64,000 nucleotides of DNA from Eledone cirrhosa (Eukaryota): positions 236,592,001 to 236,656,000 of the forward strand of contig OZ024743.1 of assembly GCA_964016885.1 (NCBI GenBank), in the 5' to 3' direction. This document shows positions 43,201-57,049 of this stretch, in pieces. A model generated the notes under the pieces. That model saw nothing but the letters and a program-made list of their open reading frames with translations. It did no database searches and had not been told where the DNA came from. Numbering within the stretch: the first letter of the stretch is position 1; each line of letters begins with the position of its first letter. Position numbers and translations under genes: made by a program.

Positions 43201-46200
43201 CTACAGGTTGTATGTTCCTTCAGTCAATCTCCTATACTACTGGTTGTATGTTCCTTCAGTCAATCTCCTATACTACAGATTGTATGTTCCTTCAGTCAAT
43301 CTCCTATACTACTGGTTGTATGTTCCTTCAGTCAATCTCCTATACTACGGATTGTATGTTCCTTCAGTCAATCTCCTATACTACAGGTTGTATGTTCCTT
43401 CAGTCAATCTCCTATACTACTGGTGGAATGTTCCTTCAGTCAATCTCCTATACTACTGTTTCTATGTTCCTTCAGTCAATCTCCTATACTACAGGTTGTA
43501 TGTTCCTTCAGTCAATCTCCTATACTACGGATTGTATATTCCTTCAGTCAATCTCCTATACTACTGGTTGTATGTTCCTTCAGTCAATCTCCTATACTAC
43601 GGATTGTATATTCCTTCAGTCAATCTCCTATACTACTGGTTGTATGTTCCTTCAGTCAATCTCCTATACTACGGATTGTATGTTCCTTCAGTTAATCTCC
43701 TATACTACAGGTTGTATGTTCCTTCAGTCAATCTCCTATACTACAGGTTGTATGTTCCTTCAGTCAATCTCCTATACTACAGGTTGTATGTTCCTTCAGT
43801 CAATCTCCTATACTACTTGTTGTATGTTCCTTCAGTCAATCTCCTATACTACAGGTTGTATGTTCCTTCAGTCAATCTCCAATACTACAGGTTGTATGTT
43901 CCTTCAGTCAATCTCCTATACTACGGATTGTATGTTCCTTCAGTCAATCTCCTATACTACGGATTGTATGTTCTTTCAGTTAATCTCCTATACTACTGGT
44001 TGTATGTTCCTTCAGTTAATCTCCTATACTACTGGTTGTATGTTCCTTCAGTCAATCTCCTATACTACAGGTTGTATATTCCTTCAGTCAATCTCCTATA
44101 CTACAGGTTGTATATTCTTTCAGTTAATCTCCTATACTACTGGTTGTATGTTCCTTCAGTCTATCTCCTATACTACGGATTGTATGTTCCTTCAGTCAAT
44201 ATCCTATACTACTGGTTGTATGTTCCTTCAGTCAATCTCCTATACTACGGGTTGTATGTTCCTTCAGTCAATCTCGTATACAACTGGTTGTATGTTCCTT
44301 CAGTCAATCTCCTATACTACGGATTGCATGTTCCTTCAGTCAATCCCCAATACTACTGGTTGTATGTTCCTTTAGTCAATCTCCTATACAACTGGTTGTA
44401 TATTCCTTCAGTCAATCTCCTATACTACTGGTTGTATGTTCCTTCAGTCAATCTCCTATACTACAGGTTGTATGTTCCTTCAGTCAATCTCCTATACTAC
44501 GGGTTGTATTTTCCTTCAGTCAATCCCCTATACTACTGGTTGTATATTCCTTCAGTCAATCTCCTATACTACAGGTTGTATGTTCCTTCAGTCAATCTCC
44601 TATACAACTGGTTGTATGTTCCTTCAGTCAATCTCCTATACTACGGATTGCATGTTCCTTCAGTCAATCTCTTATACTACGGGTTGTATGTTCCTTCAGT
44701 CAATCTCCTATAATACAGGTTGCATGTTCCTTCAGTCAATCTCCTATACTACAGGTTGTATGTTCCTTCAGTCAATCTCCTATACTACAGGTTGTATGTT
44801 CCTTCAGTCAATCTCCTATACAACTGGTTGTATGTTCCTTCAGTCAATCTCCTATACTACGGATTGCATGTTCCTTCAGTCAATCCCCAATACTACTGGT
44901 TGTATGTTCCTTCAGTCAATCTCCTATACAACTGGTTGTATATTCCTTCAGTCAATCTCCTATACTACTGGCTGTATGTTCCTTCAGTCATTCTCCTATA
45001 CTACGGGTTGTATGTTCCTTCAGTCAATCTCCTATACTACGGGTTGTATGTTCCTTCAGTCAATCTCCTATACTACAGGTTGTATGTTCCTTCAGTCAAT
45101 CTCCTATACTACAGGTTGTATGTTCCTTCAGTCAATCTCCTATACTACAGGTTGTATGTTCCTTCAGTCAATCTCCTATACTACTGGTTGTATATTCCTT
45201 CAGTCAATATCTTATACTACAGCTTGTATGTTCCTTCAGTCAATCTCCTATACTACAGGTTGTATGTTCCTTCAGTCAATCTCCTATACTACTGGTTGTA
45301 TATACCTTCAGGCAATCTCCTATACTACTGGTTGTATGTTCCTTCAGTCAATCTCCTATACTACTGGTTGTATGTTCCTTCAGTCAATCTCCTATACGAC
45401 AGGTTCTATGTTCCTTCAGTCAATCTCCTATACTACTGGTTGTATGTTCCTTCAGTCAATCTCCTATACTACGGGTTGTATGTTCCTTCAGTCAATCTCC
45501 TATACTACGGGTTGTATATTCCTTCAGTCAATCTCCTATACTACTGGTTGTATATTCCTTCAGTCAATCTCCTATACTACGGGTTGTATGTTCCTTCAGT
45601 CAATCTCCTATACTACAGGTTGTATGTTCCTTCAGTCAATCTCCTATACTACAGGTTGTATGTTCCTTCAGTCAATCTCCTATACTACGGGTTTTATGTT
45701 CCTTCAGTCAATCTCCTATACTACTGGTTGTATATTCCTTCAGTCAATCTCCTATACTACAGGTTGTATATTCCTTCAGTTAATCTCCTATACTACAGGT
45801 TGTATGTTCCTTCAGTCAATCTCCTATACTACAGGTTGTATGTTCCTTCAGTCAATCTCCTATACTACAGGTTGTATGTTCCTTCAGTCAATCTCCTATA
45901 CTACTGGTTGTATGTTCCTTCAGTCAATCTCCTATACTACAGGTTGTTTGTTCCTTCAGTCAATCTCCTATACTACGGGTTGTATGTTCCTTCAGTCAAT
46001 CTCCTATACTACGGATTGTATGTTCCTTCAGTCAATCTCCTATACTACGGATTGTATGTTCTTTCAGTTAATCTCCTATACTACTGGTTGTATGTTCCTT
46101 CAGTTAATCTCCTATACTACTGGTTGTTTGTTCCTTCAGTCAACCTCCTATACTACAGGTTGTATGTTCCTTCAGTCAATCTCCTATACTACGGGTTGTA

Positions 46201-49200
46201 TTTTCCTTCAGTCAATCCCCTATACTACTGGTTGTATATTCCTTCAGTCAATCTCCTATACTACAGGTTGTATGTTCCTTCAGTCAATCTCCTATACAAC
46301 TGGTTGTATGTTCCTTCAGTCAATCTCCTATACTACGGATTGCATGTTCCTTCAGTCAATCTCTTATACTACGGGTTGTATGTTCCTTCAGTCAATCTCC
46401 TATACTACAGGTTGTATGTTCCTTCAGTCAATCTCCTATACTACAGGTTGTATGTTCCTTCAGTCAATCTCCTATACTACAGGTTGTATGTTCCTTCAGT
46501 CAATCTCCTATACAACTGGTTGTATGTTCCTTCAGTCAATCTCTTATACTACGGATTGCATGTTCCTTCAGTCAATCCCCAATACTACTGGTTGTATGTT
46601 CCTTCAGTCAATCTCCTATACAACTGGTTGTATATTCCTTCAGTCAATCTCCTATACTACTGGCTGTATGTTCCTTCAGTCAATCTCCTATACTACGGGT
46701 TGTATGTTCCTTCAGTCAATCTCCTATACTACGGGTTGTATGTTCCTTCAGTCAATCTCCTATACTACAGGTTGTATGTTCCTTCAGTCAATCTCCTATA
46801 CTACAGGTTGTATGTTCCTTCAGTCAATCTCCTATACTACAGGTTGTATGTTCCTTCAGTCAATCTCCTATACTACTGGTTGTATATTCCTTCAGTCAAT
46901 ATCTTATACTACAGGTTGTATGTTCCTTCAGTCAATCTCCTATACTACAGGTTGTATGTTCCTTCTGTCAATCTCCTATACTACTGGTTGTATATACCTT
47001 CAGGCAATCTCCTATACTACTGGTTGTATGTTCCTTCAGTCAATCTCCTATACTACTGGTTGTATGTTCCTTCAGTCAATCTCCTATACGACAGGTTCTA
47101 TGTTCCTTCAGTCAATCTCCTATACTACTGGTTGTATGTTCCTTCAGTCAATCTCCTATACTACGGGTTGTATGTTCCTTCAGTCAATCTCCTATACTAC
47201 GGGTTGTATATTCCTTCAGTCAATCTCCTATACTACTGGTTGTATATTCCTTCAGTCAATCTCCTATACTACGGGTTGTATGTTCCTTCAGTCAATCTCC
47301 TATACTACAGGTTGTATGTTCCTTCAGTCAATCTCCTATACTACAGGTTGTATGTTCCTTCAGTCAATCTCCTATACTACGGGTTTTATGTTCCTTCAGT
47401 CAATCTCCTATACTACTGGTTGTATATTCCTTCAGTCAATCTCCTATACTACAGGTTGTATATTCCTTCAGTTAATCTCCTATACTACAGGTTGTATGTT
47501 CCTTCAGTCAATCTCCTATACTACAGGTTGTATGTTCCTTCAGTCAATCTCCTATACTACAGGTTGTATGTTCCTTCAGTCAATCTCCTATACTACTGGT
47601 TGTATGTTCCTTCAGTCAATCTCCTATACTACAGGTTGTTTGTTCCTTCAGTCAATCTCCTATACTACGGGTTGTATGTTCCTTCAGTCAATCTCCTATA
47701 CTACGGATTGTATGTTCCTTCAGTCAATCTCCTATACTACGGATTGTATGTTCTTTCAGTTAATCTCCTATACTACTGGTTGTATGTTCCTTCAGTTAAT
47801 CTCCTATACTACTGGTTGTATGTTCCTTCAGTCAATCTCCTATACTACAGGTTGTATGTTCCTTCAGTCAATCTCCTATACTACGGGTTGTATTTTCCTT
47901 CAGTCAATCCCCTATACTACTGGTTGTATATTCCTTCAGTCAATCTCCTATACTACAGGTTGTATGTTCCTTCAGTCAATCTCCTATACAACTGGTTGTA
48001 TGTTCCTTCAGTCAATCTCCTATACTACGGATTGCATGTTCCTTCAGTCAATCTCTTATACTACGGGTTGTATGTTCCTTCAGTCAATCTCCTATACTAC
48101 AGGTTGTATGTTCCTTCAGTCAATCTCCTATACTACAGGTTGTATGTTCCTTCAGTCAATCTCCTATACTACAGGTTGTATGTTCCTTCAGTCAATCTCC
48201 TATACTACTGGTTGTATATTCCTTCAGTCAATATCTTATACTACAGGTTGTATGTTCCTTCAGTCAATCTCCTATACTACAGGTTGTATGTTCCTTCAGT
48301 CAATCTCCTATACTACTGGTTGTATATACCTTCAGGCAATCTCCTATACTACTGGTTGTATGTTCCTTCAGTCAATCTCCTATACTACTGGTTGTATGTT
48401 CCTTCAGTCAATCTCCTATACGACAGGTTCTATGTTCCTTCAGTCAATCTCCTATACTACTGGTTGTATGTTCCTTCAGTCAATCTCCTATACTACGGGT
48501 TGTATGTTCCTTCAGTCAATCTCCTATACTACGGGTTGTATATTCCTTCAGTCAATCTCCTATACTACTGGTTGTATATTCCTTCAGTCAATCTCCTATA
48601 CTACGGGTTGTATGTTCCTTCAGTCAATCTCCTATACTACAGGTTGTATGTTCCTTCAGTCAATCTCCTATACTACAGGTTGTATGTTCCTTCAGTCAAT
48701 CTCCTATACTACGGGTTTTATGTTCCTTCAGTCAATCTCCTATACTACTGGTTGTATATTCCTTCAGTCAATCTCCTATACTACAGGTTGTATATTCGTT
48801 CAGTTAATCTCCTATACTACAGGTTGTATGTTCCTTCAGTCAATCTCCTATACTACAGGTTGTATGTTCCTTCAGTCAATCTCCTATACTACAGGTTGTA
48901 TGTTCCTTCAGTCAATCTCCTATACTACTGGTTGTATGTTCCTTCAGTCAATCTCCTATACTACAGGTTGTTTGTTCCTTCAGTCAATCTCCTATACTAC
49001 AGGTTGTATGTTCCTTCAGCCAATCTCCTATACTACGGATTGTATGTTCCTTCAGTCAATCTCCTATACTACGGATTGTATGTTCTTTCAGTTAATCTCC
49101 TATACTACTGGTTGTATGTTCCTTCAGTTAATCTCCTATACTACTGGTTGTATGTTCCTTCAGTCAATCTCCTATACTACAGGTTGTATATTCCTTCAGT

Positions 49201-52200
49201 CAATCTCCTATACTACAGGTTGTATATTCTTTCAGTTAATCTCCTATATTACAGGTTTTATATTCCTTCAGTTAATCTCCTATACTACGGATTGTATATT
49301 CCTTCAGTTAATCTCCTATACTACTGGTTGTATATTCCTTCAGTCAATCTCCTATACTACGGATTGTATATTCCTTCAGTCAATCTCCTATACTACGGAT
49401 TGTATATTCCTTCAATTAATCTCCTATACTATTTGTTGTATGTTCCTTCAGTCAATCTCCTATACTACAGGTTGTATTTACCTTCAGTCAATCTCCTATA
49501 CTACAGGTTGTATGTTCCTTCAGTCAATCTCTTATACTACAGGTTGTATATTCCTTCAGTCAATCTCCTATACTACAGGTTGTATGTTCCTTCAGTTAAT
49601 CTCCTATACTACGGGTTGTATGTTCCTTCAGACAACTCCTATACTACAGGTTGTATGTTCCTTCAGTCAATCCCCTATACTACGGGTTTTATGTTCCTTC
49701 AGTCAATCTCCTATAGTACTGGTTGTATGTTCCTTCAGTCAATCTCCTATACTACAGGTTGTATGTTCCTACAGTCAATCTCCTATACTACTGGTTGTAT
49801 GTTCCTTCAGTCAATCTCCTATACTGCTGGTTGTATGTTCCTTCAGTCAATCTCCTATACTACTGGTTCTATGTTCCTTCAGTCAATCTCCTATACTACG
49901 GGTTGTATATTCCTTCAGTCAATCTCCTATACTACTGGTTGTATATTCCTTCAGTCAATCTCCTCTACTACGGGTTGTATATTCCTTCAGTCAATCTCAT
50001 ATACTACTGTTTGTATGTTCCTTCAGTCAATCTCCTATACTACGGGTTGTATGTTCCTTCAGTCAATCTCCTATACTACAGGTCGTATGTTCCTTCAGTT
50101 AATCTCCTATACTACAGGTTGTATATTCCTTCAGTCAATCTCCTAAACTACAGGTTGTATATTCCTTCAGTCAATCTCCTATACTACTGGTTGTATGTTC
50201 CTTCAGTCAATCTCCTATACTACAGATTGTATGTTCCTTCAGTCAATCTCCTATACTACTGGTTGTATGTTCCTTCAGTCAATCTCCTATACTACGGATT
50301 GTATGTTCCTTCAGTCAATCTCCTATACTACAGGTTGTATGTTCCTTCAGTCAATCTCCTATACTACTGGTGGAATGTTCCTTCAGTCAATCTCCTATAC
50401 TACTGTTTCTATGTTCCTTCAGTCAATCTCCTATACTACAGGTTGTATGTTCCTTCAGTCAATCTCCTATACTACGGATTGTATATTCCTTCAGTCAATC
50501 TCCTATACTACTGGTTGTATGTTCCTTCAGTCAATCTCCTATACTACGGATTGTATATTCCTTCAGTCAATCTCCTATACTACTGGTTGTATGTTCCTTC
50601 AGTCAATCTCCTATACTACGGATTGTATGTTCCTTCAGTTAATCTCCTATACTACAGGTTGTATGTTCCTTCAGTCAATCTCCTATACTACAGGTTGTAT
50701 GTTCCTTCAGTCAATCTCCTATACTACAGGTTGTATGTTCCTTCAGTCAATCTCCAATACTACAGGTTGTATGTTCCTTCAGTCAATCTCCTATACTACG
50801 GATTGTATGTTCCTTCAGTCAATCTCCTATACTACGGATTGTATGTTCTTTCAGTTAATCTCCTATACTACTGGTTGTATGTTCCTTCAGTTAATCTCCT
50901 ATACTACTGGTTGTATGTTCCTTCAGTCAATCTCCTATACTACAGGTTGTATATTCCTTCAGTCAATCTCCTATACTACAGGTTGTATATTCTTTCAGTT
51001 AATCTCCTATACTACTGGTTGTATGTTCCTTCAGTCTATCTCCTATACTACGGATTGTATGTTCCTTCAGTCAATCTCCTATACTACTGGTTGTATGTTC
51101 CTTCAGTCAATCTCCTATACTACGGGTTGTATGTTCCTTCAGTCAATCTCGTATACAACTGGTTGTATGTTCCTTCAGTCAATCTCCTATACTACGGATT
51201 GCATGTTCCTTCAGTCAATCCCCAATACTACTGGTTGTATGTTCCTTTAGTCAATCTCCTATACAACTGGTTGTATATTCCTTCAGTCAATCTCCTATAC
51301 TACTGGTTGTATGTTCCTTCAGTCAATCTCCTATACTACAGGTTGTATGTTCCTTCAGTCAATCTCCTATACTACGGGTTGTATTTTCCTTCAGTCAATC
51401 CCCTATACTACTGGTTGTATATTCCTTCAGTCAATCTCCTATACTACAGGTTGTATGTTCCTTCAGTCAATCTCCTATACAACTGGTTGTATGTTCCTTC
51501 AGTCAATCTCCTATACTACGGATTGCATGTTCCTTCAGTCAATCTCTTATACTACGGGTTGTATGTTCCTTCAGTCAATCTCCTATACTACAGGTTGTAT
51601 GTTCCTTCAGTCAATCTCCTATACTACAGGTTGTATGTTCCTTCAGTCAATCTCCTATACTACAGGTTGTATGTTCCTTCAGTCAATCTCCTATACAACT
51701 GGTTGTATGTTCCTTCAGTCAATCTCCTATACTACGGATTGCATGTTCCTTCAGTCAATCCCCAATACTACTGGTTGTATGTTCCTTCAGTCAATCTCCT
51801 ATACAACTGGTTGTATATTCCTTCAGTCAATCTCCTATACTACTGGCTGTATGTTCCTTCAGTCATTCTCCTATACTACGGGTTGTATGTTCCTTCAGTC
51901 AATCTCCTATACTACGGGTTGTATGTTCCTTCAGTCAATCTCCTATACTACAGGTTGTATGTTCCTTCAGTCAATCTCCTATACTACAGGTTGTATGTTC
52001 CTTCAGTCAATCTCCTATACTACAGGTTGTATGTTCCTTCAGTCAATCTCCTATACTACTGGTTGTATATTCCTTCAGTCAATATCTTATACTACAGGTT
52101 GTATGTTCCTTCAGTCAATCTCCTATACTACAGGTTGTATGTTCCTTCAGTCAATCTCCTATACTACTGGTTGTATATACCTTCAGGCAATCTCCTATAC

Positions 52201-54400
52201 TACTGGTTGTATGTTCCTTCAGTCAATCTCCTATACTACTGGTTGTATGTTCCTTCAGTCAATCTCCTATACGACAGGTTCTATGTTCCTTCAGTCAATC
52301 TCCTATACTACTGGTTGTATGTTCCTTCAGTCAATCTCCTATACTACGGGTTGTATGTTCCTTCAGTCAATCTCCTATACTACGGGTTGTATATTCCTTC
52401 AGTCAATCTCCTATACTACTGGTTGTATATTCCTTCAGTCAATCTCCTATACTACGGGTTGTATGTTCCTTCAGTCAATCTCCTATACTACAGGTTGTAT
52501 GTTCCTTCAGTCAATCTCCTATACTACAGGTTGTATGTTCCTTCAGTCAATCTCCTATACTACGGGTTTTATGTTCCTTCAGTCAATCTCCTATACTACT
52601 GGTTGTATATTCCTTCAGTCAATCTCCTATACTACAGGTTGTATATTCCTTCAGTTAATCTCCTATACTACAGGTTGTATGTTCCTTCAGTCAATCTCCT
52701 ATACTACAGGTTGTATGTTCCTTCAGTCAATCTCCTATACTACAGGTTGTATGTTCCTTCAGTCAATCTCCTATACTACTGGTTGTATGTTCCTTCAGTC
52801 AATCTCCTATACTACAGGTTGTTTGTTCCTTCAGTCAATCTCCTATACTACGGGTTGTATGTTCCTTCAGTCAATCTCCTATACTACGGATTGTATGTTC
52901 CTTCAGTCAATCTCCTATACTACGGATTGTATGTTCTTTCAGTTAATCTCCTATACTACTGGTTGTATGTTCCTTCAGTTAATCTCCTATACTACTGGTT
53001 GTATGTTCCTTCAGTCAATCTCCTATACTACAGGTTGTATATTCCTTCAGTCAATCTCCTATACTACAGGTTGTATATTCTTTCAGTTAATCTCCTATAC
53101 TACAGGTTGTATATTCCTTCAGTTAATCTCCTATACTACGGATTGTATATTCCTTCAGTTAATCTCCTATACTACTGGTTGTATATTCCTTCAGTCAATC
53201 TCCTATACTACGGATTGTATATTCCTTCAGTCAATCTCCTATACTACGGATTGTATATTCCTTCAATTAATCTCCTATACTATTTGTTGTATGTTCCTTC
53301 AGTCAATCTCCTATACTACAGGTTGTATTTACCTTCAGTCAATCTCCTATACTACAGGTTGTATGTTCCTTCAGTCAATCTCTTATACTACAGGTTGTAT
53401 ATTCCTTCAGTCAATCTCCTATACTACAGGTTGTATGTTCCTTCAGTTAATCTCCTATACTACGGGTTGTATGTTCCTTCAGACAACTCCTATACTACAG
53501 GTTGTATGTTCCTTCAGTCAATCCCCTATACCACGGGTTTTATGTTCCTTCAGTCAATCTCCTATAGTACTGGTTATATGTTCCTTCAGTCAATCTCCTA
53601 TACTACAGGTTGTATGTTCCTACAGTCAATCTCCTATACTACTGGTTGTATGTTCCTTCAGTCAATCTCCTATACTGCTGGTTGTATGTTCCTTCAGTCA
53701 ATCTCCTATACTACTGGTTCTATGTTCCTTCAGTCAATCTCCTATACTACGGGTTGTATATTCCTTCAGTCAATCTCCTATACTACTGGTTGTATATTCC
53801 TTCAGTCAATCTCCTCTACTACGGGTTGTATATTCCTTCAGTCAATCTCATATACTACTGGTTGTATGTTCCTTCAGTCAATCTCCTATACTACGGGTTG
53901 TATGTTCCTTCAGTCAATCTCCTATACTACAGGTCGTATGTTCCTTCAGTTAATCTCCTATACTACAGGTTGTATATTCCTTCAGTCAATCTCCTAAACT
54001 ACAGGTTGTGTATTCCTTCAGTCAATCTCCTATACTACAGGTTGTATGTTCCTTCAGTCAATCTCCTATACTACGGATTGTATATTCCTTCAGTCAATCT
54101 CCTATACTACAGGTTGTATGTTCCTTCAGTCAATCTCCTATACTACTGGTTGTATGTTCCTTCAGTCAATCTCCTATACTACGGATTGTATGTTCCTTCA
54201 GTCAATCTCCTATACTACTGGTTGTATGTTCCTTCAGTCAATCTCCTATACTACGGATTGTATGTTCCTTCAGTCAATCTCCTATACTACAGGTTGTATG
54301 TTCCTTCAGTCAATCTCCTATACTACTGGTGGAATGTTCCTTCAGTCAATCTCCTATACTACTGTTTCTATGTTCCTTCAGTCAATCTCCTATACTACAG
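40230..54400. repeat. Repeated higher-order block family marked by AATATCTT / ATATACCTTCAGGC / TACGACAGG
   Basis: TACGACAGG at 41364, 45395, 47087, 48419 and 52270 (spacings 4031, 1692, 1332, 3851) with the same flanking variant order. It recurs again at 58929 and 61665. Confidence 0.87.
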
Positions 54401-57049
54401 GTTGTATGTTCCTTCAGTCAATCTCCTATACTACGGATTGTATATTCCTTCAGTCAATCTCCTATACTACTGGTTGTATGTTCCTTCAGTCAATCTCCTA
54501 TACTACGGATTGTATATTCCTTCAGTCAATCTCCTATACTACTGGTTGTATGTTCCTTCAGTCAATCTCCTATACTACGGATTGTATGTTCCTTCAGTTA
54601 ATCTCCTATACTACAGGTTGTATGTTCCTTCAGTCAATCTCCTATACTACAGGTTGTATGTTCCTTCAGTCAATCTCCTATACTACAGGTTGTATGTTCC
54701 TTCAGTCAATCTCCTATACTACTTGTTGTATGTTCCTTCAGTCAATCTCCTATACTACAGGTTGTATGTTCCTTCAGTCAATCTCCAATACTACAGGTTG
54801 TATGTTCCTTCAGTCAATCTCCTATACTACGGATTGTATGTTCCTTCAGTCAATCTCCTATACTACGGATTGTATGTTCTTTCAGTTAATCTCCTATACT
54901 ACTGGTTGTATGTTCCTTCAGTTAATCTCCTATACTACTGGTTGTATGTTCCTTCAGTCAATCTCCTATACTACAGGTTGTATATTCCTTCAGTCAATCT
55001 CCTATACTACAGGTTGTATATTCTTTCAGTTAATCTCCTATACTACAAGTTGTATATTCCTTCAGTTAATCTCCTATACTACGGATTGTATATTCCTTCA
55101 GTTAATCTCCTATACTACTGGTTGTATATTCCTTCAGTCAATCTCCTATACTACGGATTGTATATTCCTTCAGTCAATCTCCTATACTACGGATTGTATA
55201 TTCCTTCAATTAATCTCCTATACTATTTGTTGTATGTTCCTTCAGTCAATCTCCTATACTACAGGTTGTATTTACCTTCAGTCAATCTCCTATACTACAG
55301 GTTGTATGTTCGTTCAGTCAATCTCCTATACTACTGGTTGTATATTCCTTCAGTCAATCTCCTATACTACTGGTTGTATATTCCTTCAGTCAATCTCCTA
55401 TACTACAGGTTGTATATTCCTTCAGTTAATCTCCTATACTACGGGTTGTATATTCCTTCAGTCAATCTCCTATACCACGGATTGTATGTTCCTGCAGTCA
55501 ATCTCCTATACTACTGGTTGTATGTTCCTTCAGTCAATCTCTTATACTACGGGTTGTATGTTCCTTCAGTCAATCTCCTATACTACAGGTTGTATGTTCC
55601 TTCAGTCAATCTCCTATACTACAGGTTGTATGTTCCTTCAGTCAATCTCCTATACTACAGGTTGTATGTTCCTTCAGTCAATCTCCTATACAACTGGTTG
55701 TATGTTCCTTCAGTCAATCTCCTATACTACGGATTGCATGTTCCTTCAGTCAATCCCCAATACTACTGGTTGTATGTTCCTTCAGTCAATCTCCTATACA
55801 ACTGGTTGTATATTCCTTCAGTCAATCTCCTATACTACTGGTTGTATGTTCCTTCAGTCAATCTCCTATACTACAGGTTGTATGTTCCTTCAGTCAATCT
55901 CCTATACTACGGGTTGTATGTTCCTTCAGTCAATCCCCTATACTACTGGTTGTATGTTCCTTCAGTCAATCTCCTATACTACTGGTTGTATGTTCCTTCA
56001 GACAATCTCCTATACAACTGGTTGTATATTCCTTCAGTCAATCCCCTATACTACTGGTTGTAATTTCCTTCAGTCAATCCCCTATACTACTGGTTGTATA
56101 TTCCTTCAGTCAATCTCCTATACTACGCATTGTATGTTCCTTCAGTCAATCTCCTATACTACGGATTGTATGTTCCTTCAGTCAATCTCCTATACTACTG
56201 GTTGTATGTTCCTTCAGTCAAACTCCTATACAACTGGTTGTATATTCCTTCAGTCAATCTCCTATACTACTGGTTGTATGTTCCTTCAGTCTATCTCCTG
56301 TACTACGGATTGTATGTTCCTTCAGTCAATCTCCTATACTACTGGTTGTATGTTCCTTCAGTCAATCTCCTATACTACTGGTTGTATATTCCTTCAGTCA
56401 ATCTCCTATACTACTGGTTGTATATTCCTTCAGTCAATCTCCTATACTACAGGTTGTATATTCCTTCAGTTAATCTCCTATACTACAGGTTGTATATTCC
56501 TTCAGTTAATCTCCTATACTACAGGTTGTAGGTTCCTTCAGTCAATCTCCTATACTACGGGTTGTATGTTCCTTCAGTCAATCTCCTATACTACAGGTTG
56601 TATATTCCTTCAGGCAATTTCCTATACTACTGGTTGTATGTTCCTTCAGTCAATCTCCTATACTACTGGTTGTATGTTCCTTCAGTCAATCTCCTATACT
56701 ACAGGTTCTATGTTCCTTCAGTCAATCTCCTATACTACTGGTTGTATGTTCCTTCAGTCAATCTCCTATACTACGGGTTGTATGTTCCTTCAGTCAATCT
56801 CCTATACTACGGGTTGTATATTCCTTCAGTCAATCTCCTATACTACTGGTTGTATATTCCTTCAGTCAATCTCCTATACTACGGGTTGTATGTTCCTTCA
56901 GTCAATCTCCTATACTACAGGTTGTATGTTCCTTCAGTCAATCTCCTATACTACAGGTTGTATGTTCCTTCAGTCAATCTCCTATACTACGGGTTTTATG
57001 TTCCTTCAGTCAATCTCCTATACTACAGGTTGTATGTTCCTTCAGTCAA

